A stretch of DNA of 63,664 nt, filler included, from Bonamia ostreae (GCA_040357525.1; 21 parts of 21 records of this genome joined end to end with filler, not necessarily neighbours in it); one strand, 5' to 3'; shown: positions 36,623 to 49,628, numbered from the whole stretch's first letter. Translations and numbers: made by a program. Notes: generated from the sequence alone by a model not told the origin.

Positions 36623-37486
36623 GCACTTTTTAGAAATTTCAACAACTGTCTATAAATCTCGTCGTGAAATGGTTAAACTGCAAAAACGACATATCTTCTA
36701 AAAATAAAAGCAGGCCTGCGCACAAAGAAAAATATAAATTGGAAAGATTTGATAAATCTTTATCGACTAAAAAAGCGAAATAGCAATTCGTTAAAAATAA
36801 CTTTCCGGCAATAAATCCAAAATCCGGTTCATTTCCTGTTCAAAACCGTTGTCCAAAATCCGATCAGCTTCGTCAATTACGAGAAGCTTCAGTTTTTTAA
36901 GAACAAATTTTTTTGTGTTCTTGAGATGATCTAGAAGTCTTCCCGGCGTCGCCACGAGCAAGCTGACGTTTTTCGAAAGCATTTTCGCTTCTTTGGCGCG
37001 GTTGCAGCCGCCCATCACGATCCCGATGTTTCTGGAGGGGTGTTCTTTCCCGATTTCTTTTGCGACCCCAAAAATTTGCAGTGCCAACTCTCTCGTTGGC
37101 GATATTATCAGGACGCCTGTGCCTGAGTTTGCAAAATTTAACGTATGGATTTTGTTATTTGGAACGTGTAAATATTAAAAAAAATCGCTGAGACCGTATT
37201 TTTGCTTAAAATTGTCGCGGTGCAAAAGATCAAAAGAGGGGATTAAAAAGGAAAGAGTTTTTCCGGAACCGGTTTTAGCAGCGCCGATAACGTCTTTATC
37301 GGACTTGAGTGAGAATGTGGAAACCATTATGAGAGGGATAGACTTAGCTTGGATTTCGGTCATCGTCGAGAATCCCAGCTTTTTAACGGCGTTTTTTGTT
37401 CGGTCGGAAATGTTTAGACTTTCAAACGATCTATCGGAAATAGAGGTGCTGTCACCAATTTTTGTGGTAAGCTCTCTATCGGACAT
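36623..37486 (-). CDS. DDX18: DEAD-box RNA helicase DDX18/HAS1, 5' part
   Basis: [58 protein letters not shown]. Confidence 0.92.
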
Positions 37487-37816
37487 TAACGATTTGAATA
37501 TAAACGGTTAAAATGTTTTTATATATGATAACAATCCAATTTTTAAATGAATTCGAATTTCGATATTTTTTTCTGAACTACGCTTTGCGATGAACATGAC
37601 AAGGTCAAGGTGGTAAGCCGCAGATTCCAAATTAAAAAAATTGATCCATTTTGGTATTTGATCATCAATTGAAAGTTTTTTGTCAATAAAATTTAATCTC
37701 ATCATTTGCTTTGTTTTAGNNNNNNNNNNAGATTTATAACTTTTGTAGGCAAATTCATACTTTCCAAAAAGTTATTTAAACAAAGTCGATATAAGTTAAA
37801 AATCCAACCAGCTTTA

Positions 37817-38038
37817 ATGGGCATTATCAATTTGTCGTTAGACCAAGACACAGCCTATATCGACGTAGTCGATAGTCTAAACAGCGTGGCCATTGAAAAC
37901 CGAATTTGCTTTGAAAATTGCATCAAAAGAAATTTTGAAGAACCTCTCGAACCGCAACTAACGCAAGAAGAACTTAATTGCATAAAACTGTGCGGGAAAA
38001 TTAGTCGATCCGTGATAAAAATGAACAAAACTGATTAA
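37817..38038 (+). CDS. Small Tim-like (twin CX3C) mitochondrial intermembrane-space chaperone
   Basis: CFENC...LTQEELNCIKLC in a 73-aa ORF. Confidence 0.65.
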   Translation: MGIINLSLDQDTAYIDVVDSLNSVAIENRICFENCIKRNFEEPLEPQLTQEELNCIKLCGKISRSVIKMNKTD

Positions 38039-38079
38039 ATTTATTGACTTTTCGATTAAACTTCGAACAAAATGACAAT

Positions 38080-39028
38080 TTATTTAATGGGCATATTTTG
38101 GAGAGAACGAATATTAATGACGTCTTCCTCGGATGATAAATCTTCAAGACAACATTTGTCGATGTTCTCAAATTTTTTTCCGTTCCAATCGTCTCCGTCC
38201 TCACTCGTTAATTCGTCCAGACCGCCATTTTTATGCGATCTCTTTTTCGGGGATTCTTCGAGCTTCTGTTTCAATTTTGGCTTTTTCGTTGATATTTGGA
38301 ATTTTTTGTTGAACATTTCGGTTAGATCTGAGTCGCTGGTTTCTGCGTCGACGAGGATATTTGGGTCGTATTGGTCGATGTCGATTTTGCTCTTAAAGTT
38401 TTTAAGCTGAATTTCGTCTTCTAACATATCTTCGACGTCGTTGTTGACGACCAAGGAATCCCCTTTTACTCTTTCCAGGGCTTCGATGATTTGTCTTGTT
38501 TTGCCACTTTTCAGAATCATCGAAATTAGAGCTTTTCTGTCAAAGTTGATTTGGTCGAGCATGTTCAAAAGGGCTTCTTGCAAGTCTTCTTGATGATATT
38601 TTTCTAGTTTTTTCATCAAGGTTTTTTGTTTTACGTTTTTGCTTGTCATTTTTAAGCTCAAATAAGCCCGATATGTTGATTTATGGTAAATCTTTAAATC
38701 CCATTTTTGTTTGTCGACAATTAAATCTTGTCATATATTCTAGAACAAAGTACAAAAGTCTGAAAAAACTTTTACAAAAAATCAAAACAAATTCGCAAAC
38801 AAAATTTTATAAAAAAATTAAATCTTGTAATATATTCTTGAACAAAGTACAAAAGTCCGAAAAAACTTTAATTTCCAAATTTTCGTCAAAATGTATAACA
38901 ATATCTCGAATTCTTGCTTGGACAAGGTTGTCTAGAAAACTTTGGTCTGGATGTCTCGCCAGATGCACGTACGCGGGTAATGGAGAGAGCCCCCAAATCA
39001 GAAATAAAAAAGCGATGTAGTAAAACAT
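38080..39028 (-). CDS. Hypothetical protein with N-terminal signal peptide (two ORFs probably joined by an intron)
   Basis: MFYYIAFLFLIWGLSPLPA start; the downstream 193-aa ORF frame stays open up to the intron acceptor; junction inferred. Confidence 0.5.
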
Positions 39029-39707
39029 TACAAAAATATTTTAGATTGAATAGTAAAAATTTTTAGATTTTTAGTATACAATTTGTCATTGCATTTTGCA
39101 TTTGCATTTCTTGAGAAACAGTATTCTATTTCTTTCATTTTGCTCTTGCATTTCAAGTAAACACAATCAGTCAAGAAAAAGCAAATTTCATTTTCCACCA
39201 AATCCGTAAAGGGAACCTTAAAATTAACAGGTAAACTTTTTTCTATGTCATCTCTAATAGTCACATGTCTTCATTTTCTATGTGTATCGCATGTCTTCAT
39301 TTTCAGAATTCATTAAGGTTTATTAGTTTATGTTTATTTTGTTTGTTTATGTTTGATATGTCATCTCTAAAGCACAAGAGATTGTTGAAAATGAATTGCG
39401 TTTCATAAATCATAAAAATGAAACTGGTAAAGATATATTCACAGCGGAAAAATCTTAACTATAAATTAAAATTAATGAGCAAAGATATAGATAATATAGT
39501 TTTGAGTTTCATTATTTTAAGAGAAAATGTAAAAACTCAAAAGAACGTGTTGNNNNNNNNNNNNNNNNNNNNNNNNNNNNNNNNNNNNNNNNNNNNTTAA
39601 TTAATTAANNNNNNNNNNNNNNNNNNNNNNNNNNNNNNNNNNNNNNNNNNNNTAAATTTATTGACAAAAAACTTTTTTTAATTTATTAAATTCGCGACCA
39701 TTATAAA

Positions 39708-39968
39708 AGCGCAACATTCATCGGGAATTCGACGAGCATAAAGGATTTGTTCAAACGGATATCGGAGCAATTCACGGCAATGTTTAGACGAAAGGCGTTT
39801 TTGCATTGGTACACTGGCGAAGGAATGGACGAAATGGAGTTCACAGAAGCGGAGAGCAACATGAACGATTTGATATCGGAATACAGCCAGTACCAAGAAG
39901 CCACCGCGGACGGAGGTCTTGATGACGAGGAGCCGGAAGAAGATTTGGGGGCCGAGGAAGCAGAGTAA
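39708..39968 (+). CDS. TUBB: Beta-tubulin, last exon
   Basis: [54 protein letters not shown]. Confidence 0.98.
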   Translation, partial: SATFIGNSTSIKDLFKRISEQFTAMFRRKAFLHWYTGEGMDEMEFTEAESNMNDLISEYSQYQEATADGGLDDEEPEEDLGAEEAE

Positions 39969-40107
39969 ACGCGATAGCGTACACGATTTGAAAATTTTTA
40001 AATAATAAAAATATCACAAAGTCCGTTAAATCGGTTTCTTCTGTTTTAAAAATCTGTTTCTTCATTGGAAATGTCATTTAAAAAATATAACAACAAATTT
40101 TTAATAA

Positions 40108-40656
40108 CTAATCTACAGGAGCTCTTATTTTCTCCAAATCGGGAGGTTCAAATTTCCCGGTTTTCGGCGGTCGCACTTCATTCAAATTCAAAACGCAGTT
40201 TTTGATATTAACTCTCTTCGAAACGCGTTCCTTCTGTCCGAATCGACTGTTTGCTCGGAATTTATTATTTTCTTCGAATGTGCCATTTCCTTCAATTTTG
40301 CAGTTTTGCTTCAACCCGGGATTCTTCCCCATTTCGCAATTTCTTCGGAATTCGTTGGGCGGTTCGATCCTTCTCAATTGTGCCGCCGGCAATTTTCTTC
40401 CGGCGTTTTTGCGTCTACAGTAATTACTGAGACACCTAGAACTATCTTTGCAGTGCGGGCAAATGAACCGTGGCAACCCGTCATCTTCCGAACGATCATA
40501 ATAACGTTCCAAAATAGAAGTGGAACCGTACGTCTGTCGTAATTTTTTGAGACAGTTATTTCTGTAACAATAAACGCGCGAACAAAAATCGTTCTCGCAA
40601 CTAATTTTCTTCTTGTTCGTGGCGTTTTTGCAGAAATGACAAGTTTTGTTCTTCAT
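40108..40656 (-). CDS. zf-4CXXC_R1 (CDCA7-like) zinc-finger protein
   Basis: TCHFCK..SCENDFCSRVYC..CLKK..YG..FICPHCK..CLSNYCRRK. Confidence 0.65.
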   Translation of the reverse strand: MKNKTCHFCKNATNKKKISCENDFCSRVYCYRNNCLKKLRQTYGSTSILERYYDRSEDDGLPRFICPHCKDSSRCLSNYCRRKNAGRKLPAAQLRRIEPPNEFRRNCEMGKNPGLKQNCKIEGNGTFEENNKFRANSRFGQKERVSKRVNIKNCVLNLNEVRPPKTGKFEPPDLEKIRAPVD

Positions 40657-41682
40657 TTTGTAAATATTGTTAAAATTCCACATTCGAAAAGTTCTTATTC
40701 TCAAAATAGCCGGTTTTAACCAAACGACATAAAACGGTCGGCTACTTTGAGTAAAAAAACATGTAATTTACGGAACTTTATAATAATACCATTTCCTTTT
40801 AAATTAATAGTAAACCATTATTTTTTGCATTGTTTCGACTCGTGATTTTCCTATTTTTAAATTTAGTTTTCGTAATTTTACCAAAAGAACTTTTATTTTT
40901 ATAATTTTTTGTTTTTAAATATTTATCGAAAAACACTTTTTAAGTTTTGTACTAAAAATATTTATCGGGTTTTATAGTGTTCCAGTTTTTCAGTTTAACA
41001 TTTTGTGTTAAATTTATAAAAGTCGGGCATTTTGGAAAATTTTTATTAAACAGTTTGAAAAAAAACCTTTTTCTCAGCCGTTTAGCGTATTGTTTCTTAT
41101 ACGATAATTTTCGTTTTGTTAATCTTCTATTTTTTTTATGAATATCGCTTAAATTGTACCAAAGTTCGATAAAATAAGAAATTAGTTTAATTATATTCGT
41201 CATCGATAAAATGGACCATTTTGTATCAATATTTTCCATTTAAACGCTAAAATTAATTTTGTATTAGCAAAGAAATTTTTTTAAATCTCCTTCGCAGCAA
41301 AAGAAGATATTTTTGCTAAAAAGAAATTAAAATTTCCGTTAATAGAAATTGAAGCAAAAAATTAAAAGTAGTTTCTATTTACACAACAAAATTTCTTCAA
41401 GTTTAGAAGATGGCAATAAAAAGATTTTGTTTTTTTGCGGAAAATAGTATAAAAAGTCTTCTCCTGCGCAGAAAATCTGTCTTTTCGTCATTTTTGTTTT
41501 GTTTCCACATTTTAAAAATTCTTTGATGTTTTCACCAAAATAAAATTTGTTTTTCGATAACTTGGCGTTTCCGTAATGCCAATCAATCAAGTAACAGTTC
41601 TGAGAATTTTTTTCCAGTTCTTATTTTGTTAAATTAGTTCCTACAATCTTTAAAACTTTTGTATCATTAAACAATCTCAATT

Positions 41683-41970
41683 TTAGCGATGGTAAAAACC
41701 CTTTTGACAGTGACAAACCATATTAGCATCAACCTCTTTTAAACAAGAAATTTCTTTGTGTTTGTTACAAGTGCCTGAAAAAGCTTTTGCGCAATAATAA
41801 CCGGAACCGAATAAAATTTTGCATTTTTTGGAACAATTTGAGAGTGGTCTTATTATTGACACAACGCAATTGTTAACAGATTGGTAACAGTAATTTAAGT
41901 TTGATGGTAGTTCGCTTTTACAACAAGGCATAAGATAATGAAAAATTAGTAGTTGCAAAATTATCGTCAT
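41683..41970 (-). CDS. Small secreted cysteine-rich protein
   Basis: Signal peptide; 95 aa; many Cys; ends CHCQKGFYHR (EGF-like tail). Confidence 0.6.
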   Translation of the reverse strand: MTIILQLLIFHYLMPCCKSELPSNLNYCYQSVNNCVVSIIRPLSNCSKKCKILFGSGYYCAKAFSGTCNKHKEISCLKEVDANMVCHCQKGFYHR

Positions 41971-42196
41971 TTCGAAAATATTTTGAAAGCCAAATTTTAA
42001 TAATTTTTGTTTAATAATTTTAAAATATTTTTATTAAATATAGATCTTTGGAAACTATAATCAAATCAGAAATAAAAGTTTTTTAAGAAATCATTTTTAA
42101 AATCAGTTTTTTGTATATTGAAGTTGCTTAATTAAAACGAAAAGCGAAATGAAAGAATTTATTATATTTTCATAAAACAGCGGAAAAATAACTCGA

Positions 42197-42433
42197 ATGG
42201 CAAAAAAAAATCAAAAAGTTTTTATTTGTTATTGGAGACATTTTTATTGTCGATTGACGGTTGGGGAATTTCTGCCGAAAAAAGAGGAAATGCGATATTG
42301 GAAGCAAATACGCCGATAATGGATTCGTTGACTGCTAATAAAAAACAATATTGCGATCTCGGAGCTTCTGGTCTTGATGTTGGTCTACCCGAAGGTGTTA
42401 TGGGCAACAGTGAAGTTGGACATCTCACTATGG
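42197..42433 (+). CDS. gpmI: Cofactor-independent phosphoglycerate mutase, 5' part; intron 42218-42237
   Basis: IDGWG..GNAILEANTP..ASGLDVGLPEGVMGNSEVGHLTMG. Confidence 0.95.
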
Positions 42434-42677
42434 GTTTCTCTCTATTTTTACTTGAAAATGGCGCAATGGAAACTTTTATTTTTATCAAATTAGTTGTTTC
42501 GTGATAATTAAAATTCAAATTACGTAAATCAATCAAAATGGTTAATTAAAACTCGATAAAATATTAAAAAGTCGATCNNNNNNNNNNNNNNNNNNNNNNN
42601 NNNNNNNNNNNNNNNNNNNNNTTAATTAATTAANNNNNNNNNNNNNNNNNNNNNNNNNNNNNNNNNNNNNNNNNNNN

Positions 42678-43148
42678 GCATTTTTGCCCATTCATTTTTA
42701 GCATTTAGAGCGCTCTTGATCGCTTCGTTGATCAGTTTTTTGTCAGCGACGTGATATTTGCAGACGACATGCGAATGCAAAGACGGCATCACTTGCGTTT
42801 TTATGTTTCCCGTTCTAACCTCTTTTCCGTTTACGATACAGGGAATCTCAGGGCATTCACTGAAAGATTTCTAATTTTTGTTTTTTGTCGTTTTTCAATT
42901 TTGTCGTTTTTATAAAATTGCAAATTTCGGAAATTTTCCAATTGTTTTGTAAAAACATATTTTTCAGCAAAAAAAATTGAAATAAAAACGGAAAGAGCGT
43001 GTTTCAGTTCAGCACGTTCTGGACTACCAGGACTGTAATTAAGAAGTTTCTCGCCTCTTAAAGGCGGCAAATTAGGTTCGATAGTTGAAAAGTATTTGCG
43101 TCTTAAAACGTATCGGAATCGACCTTTAATTGCGCGAATTTTTAGCAT
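42678..43148 (-). CDS. ALDH4A1: Mitochondrial delta-1-pyrroline-5-carboxylate dehydrogenase, 5' part
   Basis: Presequence, YSPGSPERAELKHAL, EIPCIVNGKEVRTG..QVMPSLHSHVVCKYHVAD. Confidence 0.9.
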
Positions 43149-43702
43149 TTCGATTTTTTTAGTTTTGCTTTTTATAAGTTATTGTTAACAAAGAAAAATA
43201 TGTGTTTACGTTAATAAAAATATTATTTTTGTTTCTGAAAAGACGTTTTTACTGAAAAATCAACTCTTTCTAAATATTTTATTCAAATTTGTTTAGAAAA
43301 AACAAATTTAAAAGTCAAAACGACGTTTGAAAAGATTAAATTGTACGAAAATTAAAAGAGATTTTTCTTGTCGAAAATATGTTAAATCGACAATTTGTAA
43401 AATAATTAATATTTTATTATAAATATTTCGTAAAAATATTGTAATTTTCGGTAATTTTAAATTTTCTGATTAAAAAGAACGGTTCGTTAATGACTTGTTT
43501 ACTGATATTTTCGTTTCATAGAACTGTCGGCGAAAATCATATTGATTTAATACGCAGAGATCCAAGAATGATTCATTATATCGAGTTTTTTATCCAAATT
43601 CAAAATTTTCTTAACGTTAAAATCTGTTTAAAAAAACAACAAAAAATTTGTAGTCCGTTTTTTACGTGGAAAGACGGAGTAAAAATCAAAAAATCAAACA
43701 AA

Positions 43703-43855
43703 ATGGAGAAAAAAGTGGATTCAAAACCTGAAAATAGCAATCGTTCTGTTGAAGTCAATGCAAAATGTGTGAGCTTTGAAATCGAAATTTCAAAACCAAA
43801 AGCCAAACCCAAAAAAAATTTTTTCAAAAAAATTTTTTCCTGTTTTGCGGGATAA
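43703..43855 (+). CDS. Possible 50-aa lipid-anchored protein
   Basis: ATG after an A-run; ends KPKKNFFKKIFSCFAG-stop. Confidence 0.35.
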   Translation: MEKKVDSKPENSNRSVEVNAKCVSFEIEISKPKAKPKKNFFKKIFSCFAG

Positions 43856-46532
43856 ATTGAATTTTTGGAATTTTAAATTTTAAAAAAATAAGTCTTTTCA
43901 AATTTTATCTGTTTTATTTTCTTCGGTTTGTTGCTTAAAAATTATGAAACTTCAAATTATGAGATCCCATCTTGTTATCTTCTTTATCCCGTTCAAATTT
44001 TTAAATTCTTTACAATTATCAATTTTTTAAATCCGTTTAAAGTTGTTTTGGCATTTTTAAATTTCAAAGGCTCAGAAATTGCTTATTTTGAAAAGCAATC
44101 AACTACAATTAAAAGCTAATTGTATCCACTAAAATCAATAATTTTTGTTTATTAAATGACAAATTTTTCAAAAATGGCAATTTTTTTAATCTTGATATAG
44201 TTTATATTTCATTTCGATCATTTCAATCTTTGTTTAGAAATTTTAATTGCAAATTAAAAGACGTTTCTATAAAATTTAAAACATTTTTAGTTTTATGTTT
44301 GAAAAATCGGACCAATTTGTAAATTTGTTTGTCTTTTTTGTTCAAATTCTAAAAGTTTGCTTTTTGAAACTTGCAAAAATAAAAGACAAAGTTTTAGCAC
44401 AAACATGTGCACATTTCTTCCGTTTGCGATTAATGACAACCATTTCCATGAGAATCTTTTGATTTCTTAAAATTTGCAAAAAATATTAATTTTGTCAAAA
44501 AATTAGTAAAAGAATAATTATTAAAATTTGGCCAAAATAATAAAATTTCTAAAAGTTCGAAAAAAATTAGTCAAAACAAAATCGCTTGAAAACCATCAAA
44601 ATTTTGCAAAGAAGCCAAAATTTCAATAACGTTTTTTAGAACGGTTTTAAAATCGTCCAAATTTTTGCTGCGAATAGCCAAAATGCTATCGACTGAATTT
44701 CTATCAAATAACGGCAAAAATAACGGCGAAACAAATGTCAAAGAATCGATAAAAATTTTTACAAATTCTCTGTGACTAAATATTGTTATAATTTTTGATT
44801 TTCTCTTTTCTAAATTATCTTTTGTCTTTATTTGCAAATAAAATTTAAAAACTAATAATAAATGAACAAAAATTTTTCTGACGACAAAATCTCTTGAATT
44901 CAAATCCTCTATTTTCATAATTTCTTTGTTGAAATTTTTAATATTTGTATCGACAATCTGAACAAAATTAGAAAATTTGTCCAATTTTTGATTTTTAGCC
45001 TTTTTATCTTTATCGAAAATTTCATTCATTTTTTCAATCGATTCTATTAAATTGTTTTCGTACTCTTTTTTAATTTGTTCGTTCTTTTCAATATTTTTCT
45101 ATTTTGTCAGTTTTTTAAAATTTTGTTTTTGGCCATTTTTTGTGAAATTTAATAAAATTTTGTTTTGTCCATTTTTAAATTTCTCAAAACAAAAAAAAAC
45201 AAAATTTGTTTGAAAAATATCGCCATCTTCAATAAACTCAATTTTATTGTTCACAAAATTAATTGTCTTAAAAGCATTTTCGTGTAACAAATCAAAATTT
45301 GTTTTAGAATCAACATTTTCTTTAAAATCTTTTTCATTTAATTTATCCAAATTTTCTTCACTAGTTTCATAAGAATAAGAAGAACTGCTTTCGAATTTTG
45401 GCGACAACACTTTTTTGTTGTAACCAAAAGTTTTAAATCCAAGTTCAATAACATCTTTTTCTAATTTTTCTTTTTCGTTTTTGTCAATTTTTTCTTCGAT
45501 TTTGTTAATTTCATTCTTAGCATTTTCAATTTTTTCGTTTTGAATAAATTTTAAATTTTCGTTTTTCGTTTTTTCGATTTTGTTGTTATCGAAAAATANN
45601 NNNNNNNNNNNNNNNNNNNNNNNNNNNNNNNNNNNNNNNNNNTTAATTAATTAANNNNNNNNNNNNNNNNNNNNNNNNNNNNNNNNNNNNNNNNNNNNGA
45701 AATTAGCAAAATCAATTAAAGGCAGGTGTACGGCGAATTGTTACTCAATAAGATTTTGGTGCACGGCAACTTGTTGTTTCGATGTACAGCGAATTGGCAA
45801 GTTTATCAAATTAAGTTTATCATAATTCAATATACGTATGGCATGTGTCTTATACAATTATTTCTTATTGTAATATATTGCAATACACGACATTTAATTT
45901 ATAAAGAAATGGACTTTAGCTCATAAAAGTTCCCTTTAATAGATCAATTGTAGAACATGATCATGAGACCTGTCGTAGAATCAAAAGTATAAAAATATTT
46001 TTGAAATGCGTCTGTTGTGTGTAAACGTATGTACGATGTCCATTTATACATACAGGTGTCCAATACATTTGGTTTCTCAGTACTTTATTTTCCACATCTA
46101 AAATTATGCAGTAATTTTACACATTTATATCGCACATATTAGGAACATGGGTAGCAACCATTGAAAGGTTGAGGCATGTGTGAGAAAAAGAGTTTAAGCC
46201 TAAAGATGAGGCTAGTTTTGTCTATGATTAGTGTTGCATTTCGCTGCATGTAATGTTATATTGTAATTTTTCAAATAGTTGAGTTATGCTTTCTAAAATT
46301 ACACTTCAAGTCTTCATTATATTTTTCATATTATCATTATATACTTGGGACTAACAACAGCTTTTTGCCCTTTGTTTAAGGCTGAATGTTGCCTCGATGT
46401 TTTCTGTTACTTTGGCGTTGTTTGTTTGCATGTTTCTACCTCATTTACAGTTATCCTAAGTCCTTTCATCCTCTTTTTTTTTTTTAAATGAATGCTATTA
46501 AAATGTGTCCTTATTGGTTTGTTTGTTTTTAG

Positions 46533-47157
46533 ATGTCAGCGAAAACAGATTTTGACCAATCCTTTGATGTGATACCAATGAAACAGTCTATTCACATACA
46601 ACATACATGTGACATCTGCAATTATTCTACAGCAGACAAGAGCAATTTCAACAAACATATGAAAAGGGATGGAATTGCTGATAAAAACAATAACCAACCT
46701 CAGGTCTCAGGTATCTCATTGTGCAATGTGTGTGGTAAAACATTCAAAAGCAAATTTGGTCTGAGTCTTCACATTAAAAACAAACACGAGAAGACCTTCA
46801 GACATGTTTGCACAATGTGCAATAAAGGCTTTAACCAGAAGGTCCAATAGAGATACCATTGCTCATCTCATTTGAAGGTGCCCTTGGACAAATGCAAATT
46901 CTTTAAAATAATCTTCTTCTCTCATGGATCTCTGAAACGTCATCTAGAAACCTGCAGAGATGTTAAGCCAGACATATTTGTTTGTGATAATTGCCAGGCC
47001 ACCTTTCCACAGAAGGAAAAGGTTACAGGATCGTGTGAAAGGGAAACACCAACCACCAAGATATATGTGTAACCTGTGTGGTAAACGGTTCGGTTGGAGA
47101 TCAAGTTTAAAGGCCCATCTAGCTCATGCCCACTTAAATGAAGATCAAGAAATGTAA
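46533..47157 (+). pseudogene. Multi-C2H2 zinc-finger gene with in-frame stop and frameshift (metazoan type)
   Basis: CDICNY..FNKHM, CNVCGKTFKSKFGLSLHIKNKH, TAG at 46848-46850, frameshift before CNLCGKRF. Confidence 0.8.
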
Positions 47158-47929
47158 TCTTGATACGTTAATATCAGGATCTAAATACTTTTGTTTTGAC
47201 TGTTGATTCTATTTCATGCCAAAGATATTGGATAGATATGCATTTTTATAGTCAAAGGTCTGTGTTAGCTATTGTCATTTTGGTCCATTTATTTGTATAA
47301 ATATAAAGTAGACGCTTACGGTGAGTCTATTATTACATCTCCATTTATTTATTATTGATACAACGAACTAAGTGTTATGTTGTTATGTTTTACATTTGTC
47401 AGAAACGACATTATACATGTAATAAAATTTTATTTAATCTGATAATGGTATTCCCAGTCTCTTGTGTGGCAGAATCTTGCTTTCATCTACTTTGTGATAT
47501 TGTCGAACTGGAGTTACACCTTTTCCAGAAAGGTCTGATTCTGTAATAGTAACTAGTCTCCTTTGCGATTTCCTCTTTGACCTCAATTTCAAATCGAAGG
47601 GGTGATCTCTGCATTGGAAATAGATGAAATATTTCTATTCAATACTGTTTTGTAAATCTACAAACAATGAGAAATTATATATACCTTTCATGTTTTATAC
47701 ATTTGCATTAAGTTTTAAGAATATATATACAATAATTTTTCTTGTTTGATTTTCATGTTCAGAATACTATGTTTTGAAGCATAAACAAATTTTTCAATAT
47801 ACATGTAAAGTGGTTGGATATTTTGTGTGGGGTTTTTTTTCACGTGTAGACTGAAAAATCTATCCCCCCAACTTTGTTGACGGGACATACTAAAAATATC
47901 GGGTATAAGGTTTAATGCATATAAACATA

Positions 47930-48355
47930 CCTCAAATCTATATGATTTGTTATGGTTGTGTAAACATAAACTTCACCAATTTCCATTTCACATTCGAAGA
48001 TGAGTTCTTTTACGGGGTATACTTTTGCCTATGACAAGGAGATATGGAATGGTCGATTCGGCAAAAGACGAGTGCTCATTAATTGACAGGCAGATTCAAG
48101 TGCTGCTGGAACTTCCTCAGCTTCGATTACTCCTGAACCCTTTGGATCCAAGTCTTGGAATTCTCCGAAGAAATTTTCTACCTCTAAACTACCTAATGTC
48201 CTTACGTTGTATCTGTTACATTTAGCATAAGGAAATGACTGTATTCGTCTGTCAATATTTGTCAACAAGCCTTGGAACATAATATTAAGAATTCCCACAG
48301 GTAAAATTGTAGGTATAATCTCTCTCACGGCAATGCCCACAGGTAAAATTCATTC
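47930..48355 (-). pseudogene. Degenerate exon of a possible transposase-like protein
   Basis: YNVRTLGSLEVENFFGEFQDLD resembles the ENFF motif of DDE transposases; internal stop and duplicated ILPVGI. Confidence 0.4.
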
Positions 48356-49628
48356 TGAAAAAGATAGTCTAATAGAATAACATTGTTTATATCTACAATT
48401 TAAAATTATATGTTAGCAAGTTGCTGTACAGTGAAAAGTTGTTGTTTCACAATTCGCCGTACACCGGCCTTTGATTGATTTTGCCAATTTCTTTCATAAA
48501 ATGAATATTTGTGGTATAACACTGACTTGTATGTAAATATCATGAAATATTATGACGATTCAGACCGGGAAACAGTGAAATAAATTCTTTATTATTGTAT
48601 TTGAGTCCAAAACAGNNNNNNNNNNNNNNNNNNNNNNNNNNNNNNNNNNNNNNNNNNNNTTAATTAATTAANNNNNNNNNNNNNNNNNNNNNNNNNNNNN
48701 NNNNNNNNNNNNNNNGAATCTGACAAAATTGAAAGAATAAAAAGTGTCAATAAACGAGAATGGAGATATATAAGAGATCCGCAAACTATCGCTTTGGATC
48801 CGCGCCACAATCCATTCTTTGAAACAAAAAAGCACGGACCGTACGAAAAAAGTCCTTTCGGTTACAGAATCAGACATTGCGTCCCAAAACTGCCAAAATT
48901 TAAGCCGGTCAGACGAAAAGCTAAAATCGCTTTGGAAAAACGTAGTACGGAAGACAGCATTATATATTAATTTGCATTTTTTGACAAAACATTTAAAAAC
49001 AATTTGCCAAATGTCTCAAAAAATGTTTTCGAAAGAGAAGTTGACGATTCTGCTTTGCAATTTCTTTCTCATAAAAAGGTGAAAAGACTTTAGAAAAATT
49101 TGAAATCAATTATAAAAAAATCCTATTCCAAAATGTGATCAAATTTGAAAACGACTCAAATTTATTTCTTAGTCGATTAATTTTCAATTTGAGTTGTGGA
49201 AATTTTGAGTCGAATAAAAATCTAACTTGAGATTGTTTTTAAATCTGAAACGACAAAAATGTACATTTTGATTAATTTTAATGTTGATCAATTAAAATTA
49301 AACGACTCAAATTTACAAACTTTCGATTGATTATTGTGTCGACGCTTCGTTTTCGAAGTAATGTCTTTTTTTTTACATTTTTTCGAAATTTTTTGTCGTT
49401 TTCTTTTCATTTTTATTTGTCGTTTTATAACAAATTTACAATTTTTTCGAAATTTTTTGTCGTTATCTTTTCATTTTTATTTGTCGTTTTATAACAAAAT
49501 TACATTTTGTGTCTTTTTTCCAGATAAAATTTATCCAAATGGCTAATTTTCCTTAAAGCTAAATCCATTTAACTATCCCATAAAAAACAATTTTACACAA
49601 TATACCAAAAAGCTCATTATTTAACAAA

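Larger units (their letters stand above)
45699..48491. mobile_element. Host-like contig; segment bounded by ~75-bp imperfect inverted repeats (putative DNA transposon relic)
   Basis: GAAATTAGCAAAATCAATTAAAGGCAGGTGTACGGCGAATTGT (45699-45741) matches the reverse complement of 48449-48491 with three mismatches. Confidence 0.65.

Noticed and set aside
37720-37729. Short internal N-runs (also 58533-58542)
   Set aside because: Scaffolding gaps; the ORF start spanning the first gap (37706) is unreliable
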